Assembly (NCBI GenBank): GCA_000165345.1
Contig: CM000431.1
Span: 64,001-128,000 of the forward strand
Reading direction: 5' to 3'
Length of the DNA stretch: 64,000 bases
Below the pieces are notes generated by a model. That model did not search any database. It was not told the DNA's origin and worked only from the letters and a program-made list of their open reading frames with translations. Of this stretch, positions 36,257 to 47,115 are shown in pieces. The stretch's first letter is position 1. The number at the start of each line of letters is the position of its first letter. The position numbers and the translations under genes were made by a program.

Positions 36257-36291
36257 CTTGGAGAATTGGTGATAAAGACATGAAGATCGCT

Positions 36292-37125
36292 TTATTTGAC
36301 AATAGTTGGAGGTGGTAAGCCAAAACCATATATCTGTCCATTAAAGAGGTTATCATCAACTTGGGAGTTGAGATGGAGTTTAAATAACTTGAAGAATGTG
36401 CAGCATGTAACAAGTGCGTCGGAACCAGCCTGATGTGCAATTCCAATCCTTTGAATTTTAAGATGTTCAGAAAGTTTTTGTAGTGAGGAAAGGTGACTAA
36501 GGCTGGAAAGTTGTTTCAAAATAAACTTTAGATCATAAAGCGTTGGAAAAAGTGCTTTAACAAGTTCTATAAAGTTTGTTTCAGTTTCTGGGAGTGGTTG
36601 TGAACTTAGAATCTTTACAAGGTAAGCAAAATCATAGCATCCATGGAAGCTAATCCATTTAACTTTAGGATTAAGAACAAGTCCGCTTCCATACATATAT
36701 TCGCCAAAACATAGAAAATCAATTCCGCTATTAAGGTGTTTATCAAATTCAATACCAGAGTGACGAAGAAATTGAATTGATTCCTGAGAATAGATATCAC
36801 ATTCCATATCAAACTTAAAATTAAATTGAAATGTTGAACAAATATTCGTAGGTGCTTGGCCATATTTATTTCGGAAGCTTAAACCAATCTGAATTACTTT
36901 AAGTAAATCCACATTAAATCGGACTGTTTGGTAATAATACTCATAATAATTATTTGTAGGACGTACCACTACACCTGGGAACTCTGTATCTATAGCGACA
37001 TATGGAAAGTCATCCATGATTTCTGATATCATCTGGAATGCCTCGTTAATATTATTCTGCCAAACTTCATATATAACTCCCTTTTTGGAAGCCACTGTCG
37101 CATTGTTATTAGCATAATTGGTCAT
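36292..37125 (-). CDS. CAF1: CCR4-NOT complex CAF1/POP2-family deadenylase (DEDD ribonuclease), 277 aa.
   Basis: N-terminal IYEVWQNNINEAFQMISEIMDDFPYVAIDTEFPGVV (the DTEFPG motif), IQIGLS, HGCYDFAYLVK, HQAGSDALVT, and a C-terminal ..QIYGFG. Confidence 0.85.
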   Translation of the reverse strand: MTNYANNNATVASKKGVIYEVWQNNINEAFQMISEIMDDFPYVAIDTEFPGVVVRPTNNYYEYYYQTVRFNVDLLKVIQIGLSFRNKYGQAPTNICSTFQFNFKFDMECDIYSQESIQFLRHSGIEFDKHLNSGIDFLCFGEYMYGSGLVLNPKVKWISFHGCYDFAYLVKILSSQPLPETETNFIELVKALFPTLYDLKFILKQLSSLSHLSSLQKLSEHLKIQRIGIAHQAGSDALVTCCTFFKLFKLHLNSQVDDNLFNGQIYGFGLPPPTIVK

Positions 37126-37819
37126 AATGGCTCCTCTCAGGCTTAGCTATTGCTAAATAATAGCAATAACGTAAAAACTTTCAATCTTTCAATTTTTACT
37201 GATTTTTTAAAATTATGAATAATATTAATTTGCCTGTCCAAATTTATTTAAAAAAAAAATTGGCGCCATTCCCTTGTGATGCTGTATGAGCGCGCGCCCT
37301 ATTTATTTAATTAGTAATTAACTTAATGTTCCCCCCTTCCAAAATTGAAATATTTTGTCAAGTTTTCAATATTTATTTTGAAAGTTATTATTTCTAAATT
37401 TCCAACTTCTATTTTCCCTCCCCCCCAATCCGTACTTAATTTTCAGTATTTTCAAAGTATATAATATAATTTCTGGGTAGGAAGGTAGTATTTAATTAAG
37501 TTATTTTTAGTGGCTTGCACTAAAGGTATGAGGTAATAGGGTTTGCCAGGAGTTGCATGAGCCAATAAAGAAAAAGATCTATTAGCATTATTGATATAAT
37601 AAATAATTAAATCAAAAAAAAAATATTACCACTTTATTCATAGTTTTGTGACCAATTGAAATATATCATATTCAAGAGCCTTCTCTTGACCAGTTATTTA
37701 GATTTCCTGGTATATTTTATAATATAAAAATTACAGTTTTATTAGTTATTAAAAGCTGTCAGATCTTGATTTAATTTCCCCTTTGATTGACTCTTGTTTC
37801 ATGTAAAAACCCTTCAAAA

Positions 37820-38212
37820 ATGGATCTTTTAAAGTCCACTATTTATGGGAACATAGACCAGGAATTTGTAATTGATAATACGTTAGATACTTGTTGTTTT
37901 CAATTTGAGACAGCTCAATCCACATTATCAATGGGTTTTGAAGATGATATATATTTACGTGACTCTATACAAACTTTACAAGATGATCCAGACCATATTG
38001 AACATACCGACCATAATTTTAATTTAAACTGGGATGAAGACTCCTCATTTGATCAAAAAAAACAAAAGGAGCTAAAGGAACTCACTTTCGAGCTCGCTAC
38101 TGATCCTTCTCCAAACTCTGAGTTTCTTGTTAGAGTAACTGAAACCTTAAATTCTATTTTACAGAACGAATTTAAAGCTCTTGATTTTCAAGTCTCTCCC
38201 TCCATTAGTTAA
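37820..38212 (+). CDS. Small acidic hypothetical protein, 130 aa, from the first ATG. The track ORF begins at an upstream TTG at 37787.
   Basis: Single ORF with coding-like composition, downstream of the divergent CAF1 promoter region. No recognisable domain. Confidence 0.4.
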   Translation: MDLLKSTIYGNIDQEFVIDNTLDTCCFQFETAQSTLSMGFEDDIYLRDSIQTLQDDPDHIEHTDHNFNLNWDEDSSFDQKKQKELKELTFELATDPSPNSEFLVRVTETLNSILQNEFKALDFQVSPSIS

Positions 38213-40161
38213 GCAGAATGGAGAATAAGCACATCACTTTTGGTTTTTATAGTTGATTAGAAATAATCAACGTAATTAGCTCTTCAGTCTTATATATCAT
38301 AATAATAATTATTATTTTAATCACCAGTCTTTATCAAGTTCTTATATACATCTACTTCTTAGAAAATTGTAACTTTTATTTCATGCTTATATGCATGTAT
38401 GCATATATGCATGCATTTGCGGGTATATAAATAATATATATCTATACTTAAACCCATTGCATGCAATATCTATTTTAAATGAATACTTATGTAATTATAA
38501 ACTTCAAATTACATGCAGCTTTTAATTCATTGATTTTTTATGCATTAATTAAATAAAATTGATTCTTTGAATTCCATAAATATAATTATCAAGTTTTTTC
38601 TCTTTAGTTTTGTTTTCTGAATATATTTTTTTCTTTAAATCCACCATCCCACCTAAACTTTTCGAGTTAAATGATTTCTGTTATTTAAAGAAACATTTAT
38701 CATTCTCGAATTCATAAAATTAAAATGACTTAAGGAGCTTTATTAAATTATTCCCACATACTTCAACTTCTCTTTTTTATAATTAATTAACTGAAATTAT
38801 TCATGAAAAATAGCCAAAGTTTACCCCCCCATGCAAAAAATGGATATTTGGAGTGAGTTTATTATATTTTAATTGCAAGTAAGTTCCCGCCTAGTTCTTT
38901 AGCACGTCTCTAAAAATAAAAATTTTTATTCACAATAAAAGAGTCGTGTAAAGCCAGGAAAAAACATAAGAGGAGTTTTAATAGTGCCACTTTAAAGCAA
39001 GAGCTGTGCACAGCTAATTTTTGACTTCCGATTAGTTGAGTGAGTCTTGGTCTAATTTATAAAGGCTTTTATAGGTGTATGATTCCAGTATCTAAAAGTG
39101 CTTGTAATTTATTTCTATATAGAAAACGTTGAAATATTACAGGTAAGGCTGAGACTTTTTAATCTTTGAATTGGAGTGGGTTTTTTTAGAATATATGAAA
39201 TTACCGTTGGTTCCTTTAGGTATTTAGAACAGAGTACATTCCACTTTAAAACTGGATTGCTATTTTTTATAATTATTTATTACCTTTACTGCTTATATAT
39301 TCAAATTGAAAGCTACCCCATAAACTCATTTTTTTTTTTTCTGAAGCCAATACTGAGTTATAAACAATTCATTGAGAAGCAGTTAAAAGGAAGATTAATG
39401 GATTTGTGATACAATTGGAATTATTCTCAAAACGAAAAATATATATATATTATATATTTTTCTCTTTCTCAATCGCTCTCTTTCTTTGGTTTAAGCACCA
39501 TAAATAAAATTAAAGTTTTAACAGAATAATAAGTTCTGCTAATTGTTTTCATTATTCCAAGTGAATTCTGTGTTATTCTAAACAGACAACATTGAAACTT
39601 TATTGACTTGCCATTCTTGCAAACAGTTAATGGTGTTAGAGAGTTGATAGAGAAAGATTGAAAACCTTTGTTTGTTTGTATGTATATGTATATATATATA
39701 TATATATATACTTCAAATTTTTTTTTCATCTTTTTTTTTGGATTATTGAGAAGATAGTGAAAGATTACTGAGATAAATTTCATTCAAAAATCTGTTGCTT
39801 TCATTTTTTTCTGGCACCTCTAAGCAACAATTAAGATAAAGTATAAGGCATTAAAAAGAAAAGATCCTCAAATAATTACTTCTCAACCAAATTATTTGTG
39901 TTGAATTTCCAGCGTTACTTTTGTCTAATTTATTTGGTTGAAGAGGATAACTTGAAATTACCAAATACTTCTTTAAACCAAGTTGCTCTTCGGAAGAAAT
40001 ATACTTATAAATAATTACATCGATAACCATTATAGAGGTTTTAAAAGGTTTTAAAATAATTAATTAACCACCCATTCAATTAAAGAATTAAAAAACAGAG
40101 ATTCATATATTACCAATAAACTTTCTTCACTTTTATTACTTTCCGATAATCACACAAAGAA

Positions 40162-43100
40162 ATGTCTGATAAAAAAACATCCACCATTATATGTGGATTT
40201 GAAAAGAAAAATCTGGAAGCCATAAAAACCTGTCTTGAGACGCATTTAAACAGAGAGAATATCTTAGATAATGCGGTAATACAAGAATGCTTCAATAAGG
40301 ATGTGTTGGGATTTTCTTTGGACTCTGTATCAAATTTGCAAGAATTAAAGGAAGTTTGGTATAGTTTATTTGGAAAAGATCCAAATACCAATAGAAAAGA
40401 GCTAATGCATGCGATCGGTATTAGTACTGGAATGTCTGAGGTTCTTAATCTTTCAATATACACACAATACGGGAATGAGATGAATTTAGGTATTTCCCAA
40501 TCAAATGAAGAGAAGAAGCTGAATGAAGAGGAATCCATGAATGCTTTGGTTGATACTTCAAAATTGATATTGGAATTTCTGGAAAATGGATGTGAAAAGG
40601 ATATTTATATTAAACCAATTTTCAAAGCTGAACGCACGACTCTAATTTTGCGTGATCTTGAGAATGATGTTATAGAGAATGAGATCTTTGACTTACTTAG
40701 TAAATGCCCTCATTTTCATACAGAAGAAACTTCTGAAAATAAAACAAATGAGTATAGTCTTGATGCTGTTAAGAAACTGGTCGTCAATTTTCGGAAAGAA
40801 GTTCATGGTACCTGGTTTATCACTCTTAAAACTGAGGATTTGACAACAAAAGTTGCCTTATGGTTACGTGATCAAAAACTGAGAGATAACAATAGTTCTT
40901 TATTACGAGTTGGAATAAAATCAGAGCACCCAATTGCTAGTCTTTTATCAGTATTGTCGATGAATAAGGGTATCCAATCAATACATAACAGAATGAGCAA
41001 CTTGCAGTTATCAGGAACTGAGATGGGAATTGGGATTCCTCCAATCTTATCAACTCTAAATGCTCCGCTTTCCAACTTACCTCCAAATATATCGAGTAGT
41101 GAACTTATAAACGTGAGCGCTGGAAATGTACCAAACAGTACTGTTTTAGATGGTCCCTCTTCAAATAGAAGAACTGCGTTGGGAAATGTTAGCCCAAATA
41201 TGAGTTATATGTTGAATACCCCAGGTTGCTCAAATAGCGGATTCATTCAAACTCACCCTCAGATAAATAGGCCCAACCAAGAGAATGATCATTCGACTAA
41301 GGATACAGGAAATGAACCACAAATAGGTATGGACAATTTGAATAGTCAGAATCCTGAGCATTTAACTGCGCCTCTTCCTGTAATGTATCCATATCATAGA
41401 GGTATTGGAAGAGCTATTGGAGTTCCGAACCATACAACTCCTTTAAATATCTATGGGCCAATACCAGGGGCTCCTAATGGTGGAATAATTGCTCCAATTA
41501 TTGTTGTTCCCGGAGCTACAATACCAGGAGGTATGGCTACATCTCCACTCCCTTCTCCAACACCGGAAGTAGGCTCACCAAATGCATCAAAAACAGGTGA
41601 TACGGAAGTTACCAAGTCCCCAAAGAATAACCATAAGAGGAGAGGTTCAAAGTCGTCATATATTAGTGATTCTGATACAAAAAGTTTATCTCCAAATATT
41701 TCCAACAGAAGAAGTAGCCCAGATGCTACCAATAATGTCAAACCTGCAAGCGAAGTCGAGAATTGTGGAGCCTTACCTGTGGCTGATGGTATGAACTCAG
41801 TAATTAGAGGAATTCCTCAGGGAGCTACCACAATGATACATGGAATAACTCCCTTTTATTATGGAATCTCAGGACTTTCAGAGGTACAGCCAGTCAATTT
41901 ACAATACTTAGGGGGCGGACCTCATCTTGGGCCTCATCCCCACATTTTCATTCATGGGAATCCACAATTCCATTATCATCATCAGATCGATATAGGAGCT
42001 CCTGGAGCAGCTGTTCAAGGAGATTCTGGAGACATGGAATCAAGCCCACCAAATACTATATCGAATTCTGAAGCCAACAAAGACAACATACAGCATATAA
42101 AACCTCAAATACCAACAATGTTCCCTGCTGGATATTATCATAATGTTCATTATATTGGAGATGAATCTTTAGGAGCTATTGGAAACCATGGATTTTCTGC
42201 TGGTAGCTTTGCAATCAATAATATTGGAGGAGACGGTATTGTTGTACCTGGGAATTTAAATGCTCAGGGCCGGAGTTTTTGGGTTAGAAACCCTTCAAAC
42301 AATACTGGAAACCAAAAATTTAAGGCTAATGGACGAAAGAACAATAATTCCAGTGGCAATCGTACAGGTAATAAATCCAGCCTTAACCCTTCCAACCCAA
42401 AGAAAAATAATAATCAAAAATCGTCTTTTGTGAATGGAACTAATCCAGAAGGCACATACTCTGAACCAAAGGTAGGATCGAAAACAGCAAGTATTTCCAA
42501 ATCTCCAGTAAATGACGCTATTACAAAGCATGATGAAATTGATCAATATGAAAATGCAGAAATGTGCTCAACCAATAGCTCTAAACAATATCCGAGTAAT
42601 GAGAAAGAAATCGAGTGTTCACCATCCGAAGAAGCACATATTGGAGACAACTCATCTATAACCGAAAATACAGCAAATACTTGTACTTCCTGTGCTAATG
42701 ATGATAACCAAAACCGAATTTCCAAGAAACTCCCGAATGAATCTTCAAAATTACCAATAGATGAGCCCCAAGACAAGCAGCAAACATTTAATAAGACCTT
42801 CAAACCCTTTTTGAATTCTGCCGGCAAGTCAAGAGGCCATAGAAATAGCAAAAACTCTTCAAACGGTGGTGGGAACTCTGAAGGAAAGGGAAACCTTGAA
42901 TATAGTGAGCATAGATCCAATCTAGCCAATGATAAATCAAAAGTACCTGATGGTACTAAAGGTAATAATGGACCAAACAATCAGGCTGCCGAGACTGGAT
43001 TAAATTATCATCAAAGAAGAAGAACCTCCAGGCAAATTAATACTGGTAGTGGTGGTTTTGGTGGAAGAGAAAATGGAAAATTTACACATGGAAAGTATAA

Positions 43101-43344
43101 TAATGGATATGAAAACAACCATTTTCGCTTAAAGCGTACAACTGAAAATGAACAGTCACACTTTAATTTTAATAATCATGGAAAACAGTCTGATGGATAT
43201 TCGAATAACAATCATTCCTATGGTAATAAGTCAATTAACCATAAAGGCAAAGGAAATGCAGCCAAAAGCAATTACCAAGAATCAAAAGAAATTGGCTTGG
43301 ATCATTTTCCATCATTATCTGATGCAATGGCAACCAAAAAGTAG
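40162..43344 (+). CDS. Hypothetical protein, 1060 aa. The N-terminal 300 aa are structured. The remainder is Ser/Asn/Gly/Pro-rich and disordered.
   Basis: Long ORF from the first ATG. No family recognised. I considered a La/RRM-like region (KPIFKAERTTLILRDLEN...) but could not confirm it. Confidence 0.6.
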   Translation: MSDKKTSTIICGFEKKNLEAIKTCLETHLNRENILDNAVIQECFNKDVLGFSLDSVSNLQELKEVWYSLFGKDPNTNRKELMHAIGISTGMSEVLNLSIYTQYGNEMNLGISQSNEEKKLNEEESMNALVDTSKLILEFLENGCEKDIYIKPIFKAERTTLILRDLENDVIENEIFDLLSKCPHFHTEETSENKTNEYSLDAVKKLVVNFRKEVHGTWFITLKTEDLTTKVALWLRDQKLRDNNSSLLRVGIKSEHPIASLLSVLSMNKGIQSIHNRMSNLQLSGTEMGIGIPPILSTLNAPLSNLPPNISSSELINVSAGNVPNSTVLDGPSSNRRTALGNVSPNMSYMLNTPGCSNSGFIQTHPQINRPNQENDHSTKDTGNEPQIGMDNLNSQNPEHLTAPLPVMYPYHRGIGRAIGVPNHTTPLNIYGPIPGAPNGGIIAPIIVVPGATIPGGMATSPLPSPTPEVGSPNASKTGDTEVTKSPKNNHKRRGSKSSYISDSDTKSLSPNISNRRSSPDATNNVKPASEVENCGALPVADGMNSVIRGIPQGATTMIHGITPFYYGISGLSEVQPVNLQYLGGGPHLGPHPHIFIHGNPQFHYHHQIDIGAPGAAVQGDSGDMESSPPNTISNSEANKDNIQHIKPQIPTMFPAGYYHNVHYIGDESLGAIGNHGFSAGSFAINNIGGDGIVVPGNLNAQGRSFWVRNPSNNTGNQKFKANGRKNNNSSGNRTGNKSSLNPSNPKKNNNQKSSFVNGTNPEGTYSEPKVGSKTASISKSPVNDAITKHDEIDQYENAEMCSTNSSKQYPSNEKEIECSPSEEAHIGDNSSITENTANTCTSCANDDNQNRISKKLPNESSKLPIDEPQDKQQTFNKTFKPFLNSAGKSRGHRNSKNSSNGGGNSEGKGNLEYSEHRSNLANDKSKVPDGTKGNNGPNNQAAETGLNYHQRRRTSRQINTGSGGFGGRENGKFTHGKYNNGYENNHFRLKRTTENEQSHFNFNNHGKQSDGYSNNNHSYGNKSINHKGKGNAAKSNYQESKEIGLDHFPSLSDAMATKK

Positions 43345-44523
43345 ATAACTCAACTTCTTTACTTGATTGTAAATCCACTGAACTTGAAGAATTGAAGTGT
43401 CAGGTCACTCTTTTTTTTAAAACTGAGCTCATCTGTTCAACTTTTTCTCCATGTTGACGCTTTGTAAATCTTTAAAATATTGTCTTGGACCTTAAAACAA
43501 AGCCTTAACGCTTCAATATTTTATACGCTAAACCAAAAACCTCATCTCTCTTTATTTTCAATGTTGAATTCAAAAACCCATCAATCCAGCCATTTTTTGT
43601 CTTTTTTTGCAAGCAACTGCCTGTTATTTTTTACCGGTGCATGCATACATATTTTTTTGTGCATGTACCTTTCTCATGTGGAAAGGCGGGGACTCCGCGA
43701 CTAGAAAAATAACTATAAATTGACTTGGAGATGCAGTAAAAACTAATTAAAAAACAATAATTAATTTATGAAAATAAAATAAATGGGGCGAATAGTGGTG
43801 ATAGGGAAAGAAGAATCAAGCCTTCCAGATGGCTTACTTCGGGATATTTTTTTTTTTTGCTTTAATAAAAGAAACTTAAAATAAATGAATTTTTAAATAA
43901 AATAATACATTTTGAAAATAAACCCTGAGGCAGATTATAATTAATTGATGCTTCTTTGACTTTTCGACTAATAGCAATAATAAGAATAATTGGTTCTGTT
44001 GAAAATACACTCGGCCAAGGCAGATAATGTAACTATATACCAGACCGAGGACCCATTCTAATCTTAGTGTGCTTCATTACGAATATTTACTCCCAAGCAT
44101 CTTGAAAGTTCTTAGAAGAGCAAGTTGTTTTCATGATTTTTTTAACTTCAAATTCGAATCAATTAAACGCATTAAATGGTATATTTGGACATTTACTATA
44201 TTAATGCTAACAAGGCCTGACATGTACTAACCTTGTGGAGGTAGAGATAAAGATATAAATAATCAAATCAAGAAAAGATTAGAGATTCTGAACTTAATAC
44301 CATTCTAGAATTTAATTCTGAGAGAGCTACCTCATTAATCAAGTAATTTTTAGTCATGAAAGTCAGGATATTTTTTTGATAGTTTTCAAATTACAATTTT
44401 TTTTTTTTTTTAAGTTAAATTGATTGATCAGAAAGACTGAGAAGATCATAAATATATTGCAAAATTATTTTACTTATATATTTGCTCCGAATATTATAAT
44501 TAAAATGATTAGATCTATTTTAG

Positions 44524-46812
44524 TTATACCCAATTCCTTTTTTTTTTTAATGAATTTCTAATAATGTTAAACTTGCTATTTTGAGTGTTTGACTTTTCCT
44601 CACTTTTCGCTTCTTGTTCCTCCAATGTTTGAAGCCTTTCTAAATATGTCATTCCTTTGCTTTTAAGTAAGTTATTCATTTTCAGTGCGCTTTGGAAGCT
44701 GCTTTTGGAGGCCTTTTGATTCGAATCCAGAAAAGATTTAGCACTTTTAAATACAGAGGAAAATCCAGATGAACCAACTTTATTGGACTGATTACAATCA
44801 GGATCTGGGCCTTGTATTTGGTTAAATTCAAAAGTAAATTCCTCTTGTTTTGAAAATTGATTCTTGTAACTATTAATATTGTAATCCTTGTTTAATAAAT
44901 TTGAAGATTTTTTTAAATGGACTTTAGATGAAACATAAGACATAAAAGAATTGTTTTTATCTTGCTGTTTGCTTTTAGAGTCGCAAACATCGCAACAAGA
45001 AAGATAATTAGAGGAAGATTTTTCCCTGTTAAACTTCTCGCCAAAGTAGCCAAGAAGATAACTTCTTCTGCATTGCCCATACTTATTGATTCTGATTTGG
45101 TATTGATTTGGATCTTGGGGTTTTGAATTTTGAATGGACCCAGGATAATGATCAATAGAAGATCTCTTCCTATTATTACTATTCTCAATACGATTTTCCG
45201 GATCATAATCTATTTCATAACATTCGTCAGTTTCTTGATATTCTGAATTATTGCACTGAGCAAACTCTATGACAGATTGTAAGTTATCTTGAAACTTCTC
45301 ATATGCTTGTTGAGCTTTTTGTTTGGATTTCATAAATAAGTACTGCAAAGACTTTCTCTTAATGCATTTTAAACAAGTAATATCTCTTTTACTGAAAAAT
45401 AGCATAGCTTTCGAGAATTTAGAATCCCTTCCAGCTCTTCCACTTTGTTGATAATATGAGTCAATACTATCTGGAATTGAGGAGTGAATCACAAAACGAA
45501 CATTTGGTTTGTGAACACCCATTCCAAAAGCAATTGTACCAACTAAAACTTGAATTTTATTCTCAAGCCATTCATTCTGTATTTGTGTTCTAATCTTTAG
45601 AGATAATCCTGCATGATAGGCTTTACTTGGAACGCCTTTATTAGATAAATACTGTGAAATATGTTCGCTAGATTTTCTTGAATTAACATATACAATTCCA
45701 ACAGCAGATTCTTGATTATCTATTCTTTTAAAGTATTCCTGCATATATAAAACTCCATTAAGAACTATTTCTTCAAGGCTTAAGTCTGCCAAATAATCAT
45801 TGTTATCAATATTATAAGCAGTATAGTGGATATTTGGTCGATTGAAAGAATTTACAGAAATATATGGATCTATTAAATTCAATACAGTCTTAATATCTCT
45901 TTGTACTTTTGGGGAGGCAGTGGCAGTACATGCTAAAACAGGGATATCTGAGAAAATGTTTTTTATTTGATTGAGCCTTCTATAAGCTGTCCTGAAATCG
46001 TGACCCCATTCACTTATACAATGAGCTTCATCTATTGCAAAACAATATAAATTTCCATTCAAATACAATTTATATAAACATCCAAGTACCTTTTCTGTCC
46101 CAAAACTTTCAGGTGTTACATATATAATACTGTTTGTTGGTACTTTTTTCTCCAAATCTATATATAATTCTTCCAATGCTTTATTCATACTTTGAGAGGG
46201 ATCGCTTTTTTGAATAATTGTTGAGCTTAGACCATTTGATTTTACTCCCCACTTTCTTAGAGAGTTTATCTGATCTTCTATTAAGGCAATCAAAGGACTG
46301 ACTACTACAGTTACCATTCCTTTACTAAGTGAAGGAATCTCTTTAACTTGTTTTTGGTATTCTCTCAATAGACTTGGTAACTGGTAAGTTAGTGACTTTC
46401 CTCCTCCTGTTGGTAGAATTAAAACTACATCCCTCCTTTCACAAACGAGTTTTTCTATCGCATCTTTTTGGCCTTTTCTATAATCTTCCAACTTCAAGTA
46501 TTTTAATCCCCATCTTAATCCATTCTTAAGTTCTTCAACATCACTGTGATTTACTTTATTTATACGCTTTATATTATCCACCTTTAACTTATATCTACAA
46601 AATAATTCTTGTATTCTGTCTTCTTGTGCTTTTTCAGCTTCAATACTATTTTCTAGCTCCTTTACTCTCAATAGTTCCTCGTTTTCAAAATCATCTTCAC
46701 TTTCCTCCGTCTTCTTTTTACTTAGACCCATAAAGTTGTTTAATGAAGATTGCTTCCACTCCTCACTTTTTTTAATTTTTCCTCTATTTGAACTCCCATC
46801 TATAATTCCCAT
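44524..46812 (-). CDS. RecQ-family ATP-dependent DNA helicase, 762 aa.
   Basis: Walker A LPTGGGKSLTYQLP, DEAH (FAIDEAHCISEWGHDFR), motif III LACTATA, motif V/VI AFGMGVHKPNVRFVIHSSIPDSIDSYYQQSGRAGRD, and an RQC zinc-binding cysteine cluster (CRRSY...CCDVCD). Confidence 0.85.
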   Translation of the reverse strand: MGIIDGSSNRGKIKKSEEWKQSSLNNFMGLSKKKTEESEDDFENEELLRVKELENSIEAEKAQEDRIQELFCRYKLKVDNIKRINKVNHSDVEELKNGLRWGLKYLKLEDYRKGQKDAIEKLVCERRDVVLILPTGGGKSLTYQLPSLLREYQKQVKEIPSLSKGMVTVVVSPLIALIEDQINSLRKWGVKSNGLSSTIIQKSDPSQSMNKALEELYIDLEKKVPTNSIIYVTPESFGTEKVLGCLYKLYLNGNLYCFAIDEAHCISEWGHDFRTAYRRLNQIKNIFSDIPVLACTATASPKVQRDIKTVLNLIDPYISVNSFNRPNIHYTAYNIDNNDYLADLSLEEIVLNGVLYMQEYFKRIDNQESAVGIVYVNSRKSSEHISQYLSNKGVPSKAYHAGLSLKIRTQIQNEWLENKIQVLVGTIAFGMGVHKPNVRFVIHSSIPDSIDSYYQQSGRAGRDSKFSKAMLFFSKRDITCLKCIKRKSLQYLFMKSKQKAQQAYEKFQDNLQSVIEFAQCNNSEYQETDECYEIDYDPENRIENSNNRKRSSIDHYPGSIQNSKPQDPNQYQIRINKYGQCRRSYLLGYFGEKFNREKSSSNYLSCCDVCDSKSKQQDKNNSFMSYVSSKVHLKKSSNLLNKDYNINSYKNQFSKQEEFTFEFNQIQGPDPDCNQSNKVGSSGFSSVFKSAKSFLDSNQKASKSSFQSALKMNNLLKSKGMTYLERLQTLEEQEAKSEEKSNTQNSKFNIIRNSLKKKRNWV

Positions 46813-47115
46813 TTCATAGCAAAGTTATGTTTCAATTACTACTCTTTATATTTGTTCACAAACAACTACTTACAAAATTTGTTACTTCTTCTTCTGTTTA
46901 AACCCTCCTAATATATTAATATACATTAATTTGTACACATGCTACTCAAATTTATTATTATTATTTTATTTTATTTATTTCTTATTTATTAATCGCCGGT
47001 ATAGGAAAATTTGTGTAATTTTTTTTTATTAGCAAAAAAAAATTTATTCGCATGACTAATAAAATTATATACCGGTAAAGCAGTAAATGACGTGTCGAAA
47101 AAATACAAAATTAAA

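Noticed and set aside
36088-36318. Plus ORF 36088..36318 overlapping the E2F palindrome and the CAF1 3' end.
   Set aside because: A poly-F/L/K low-complexity translation of spacer DNA. The motifs it overlaps read better as cis-elements.
39469-39783. ORF 39469..39783 (minus) containing YIYIYIYIYI, and ORF 39176..39409 (plus).
   Set aside because: They read through (TA)n microsatellites and AT-rich spacer. Their composition is unlike the coding regions.
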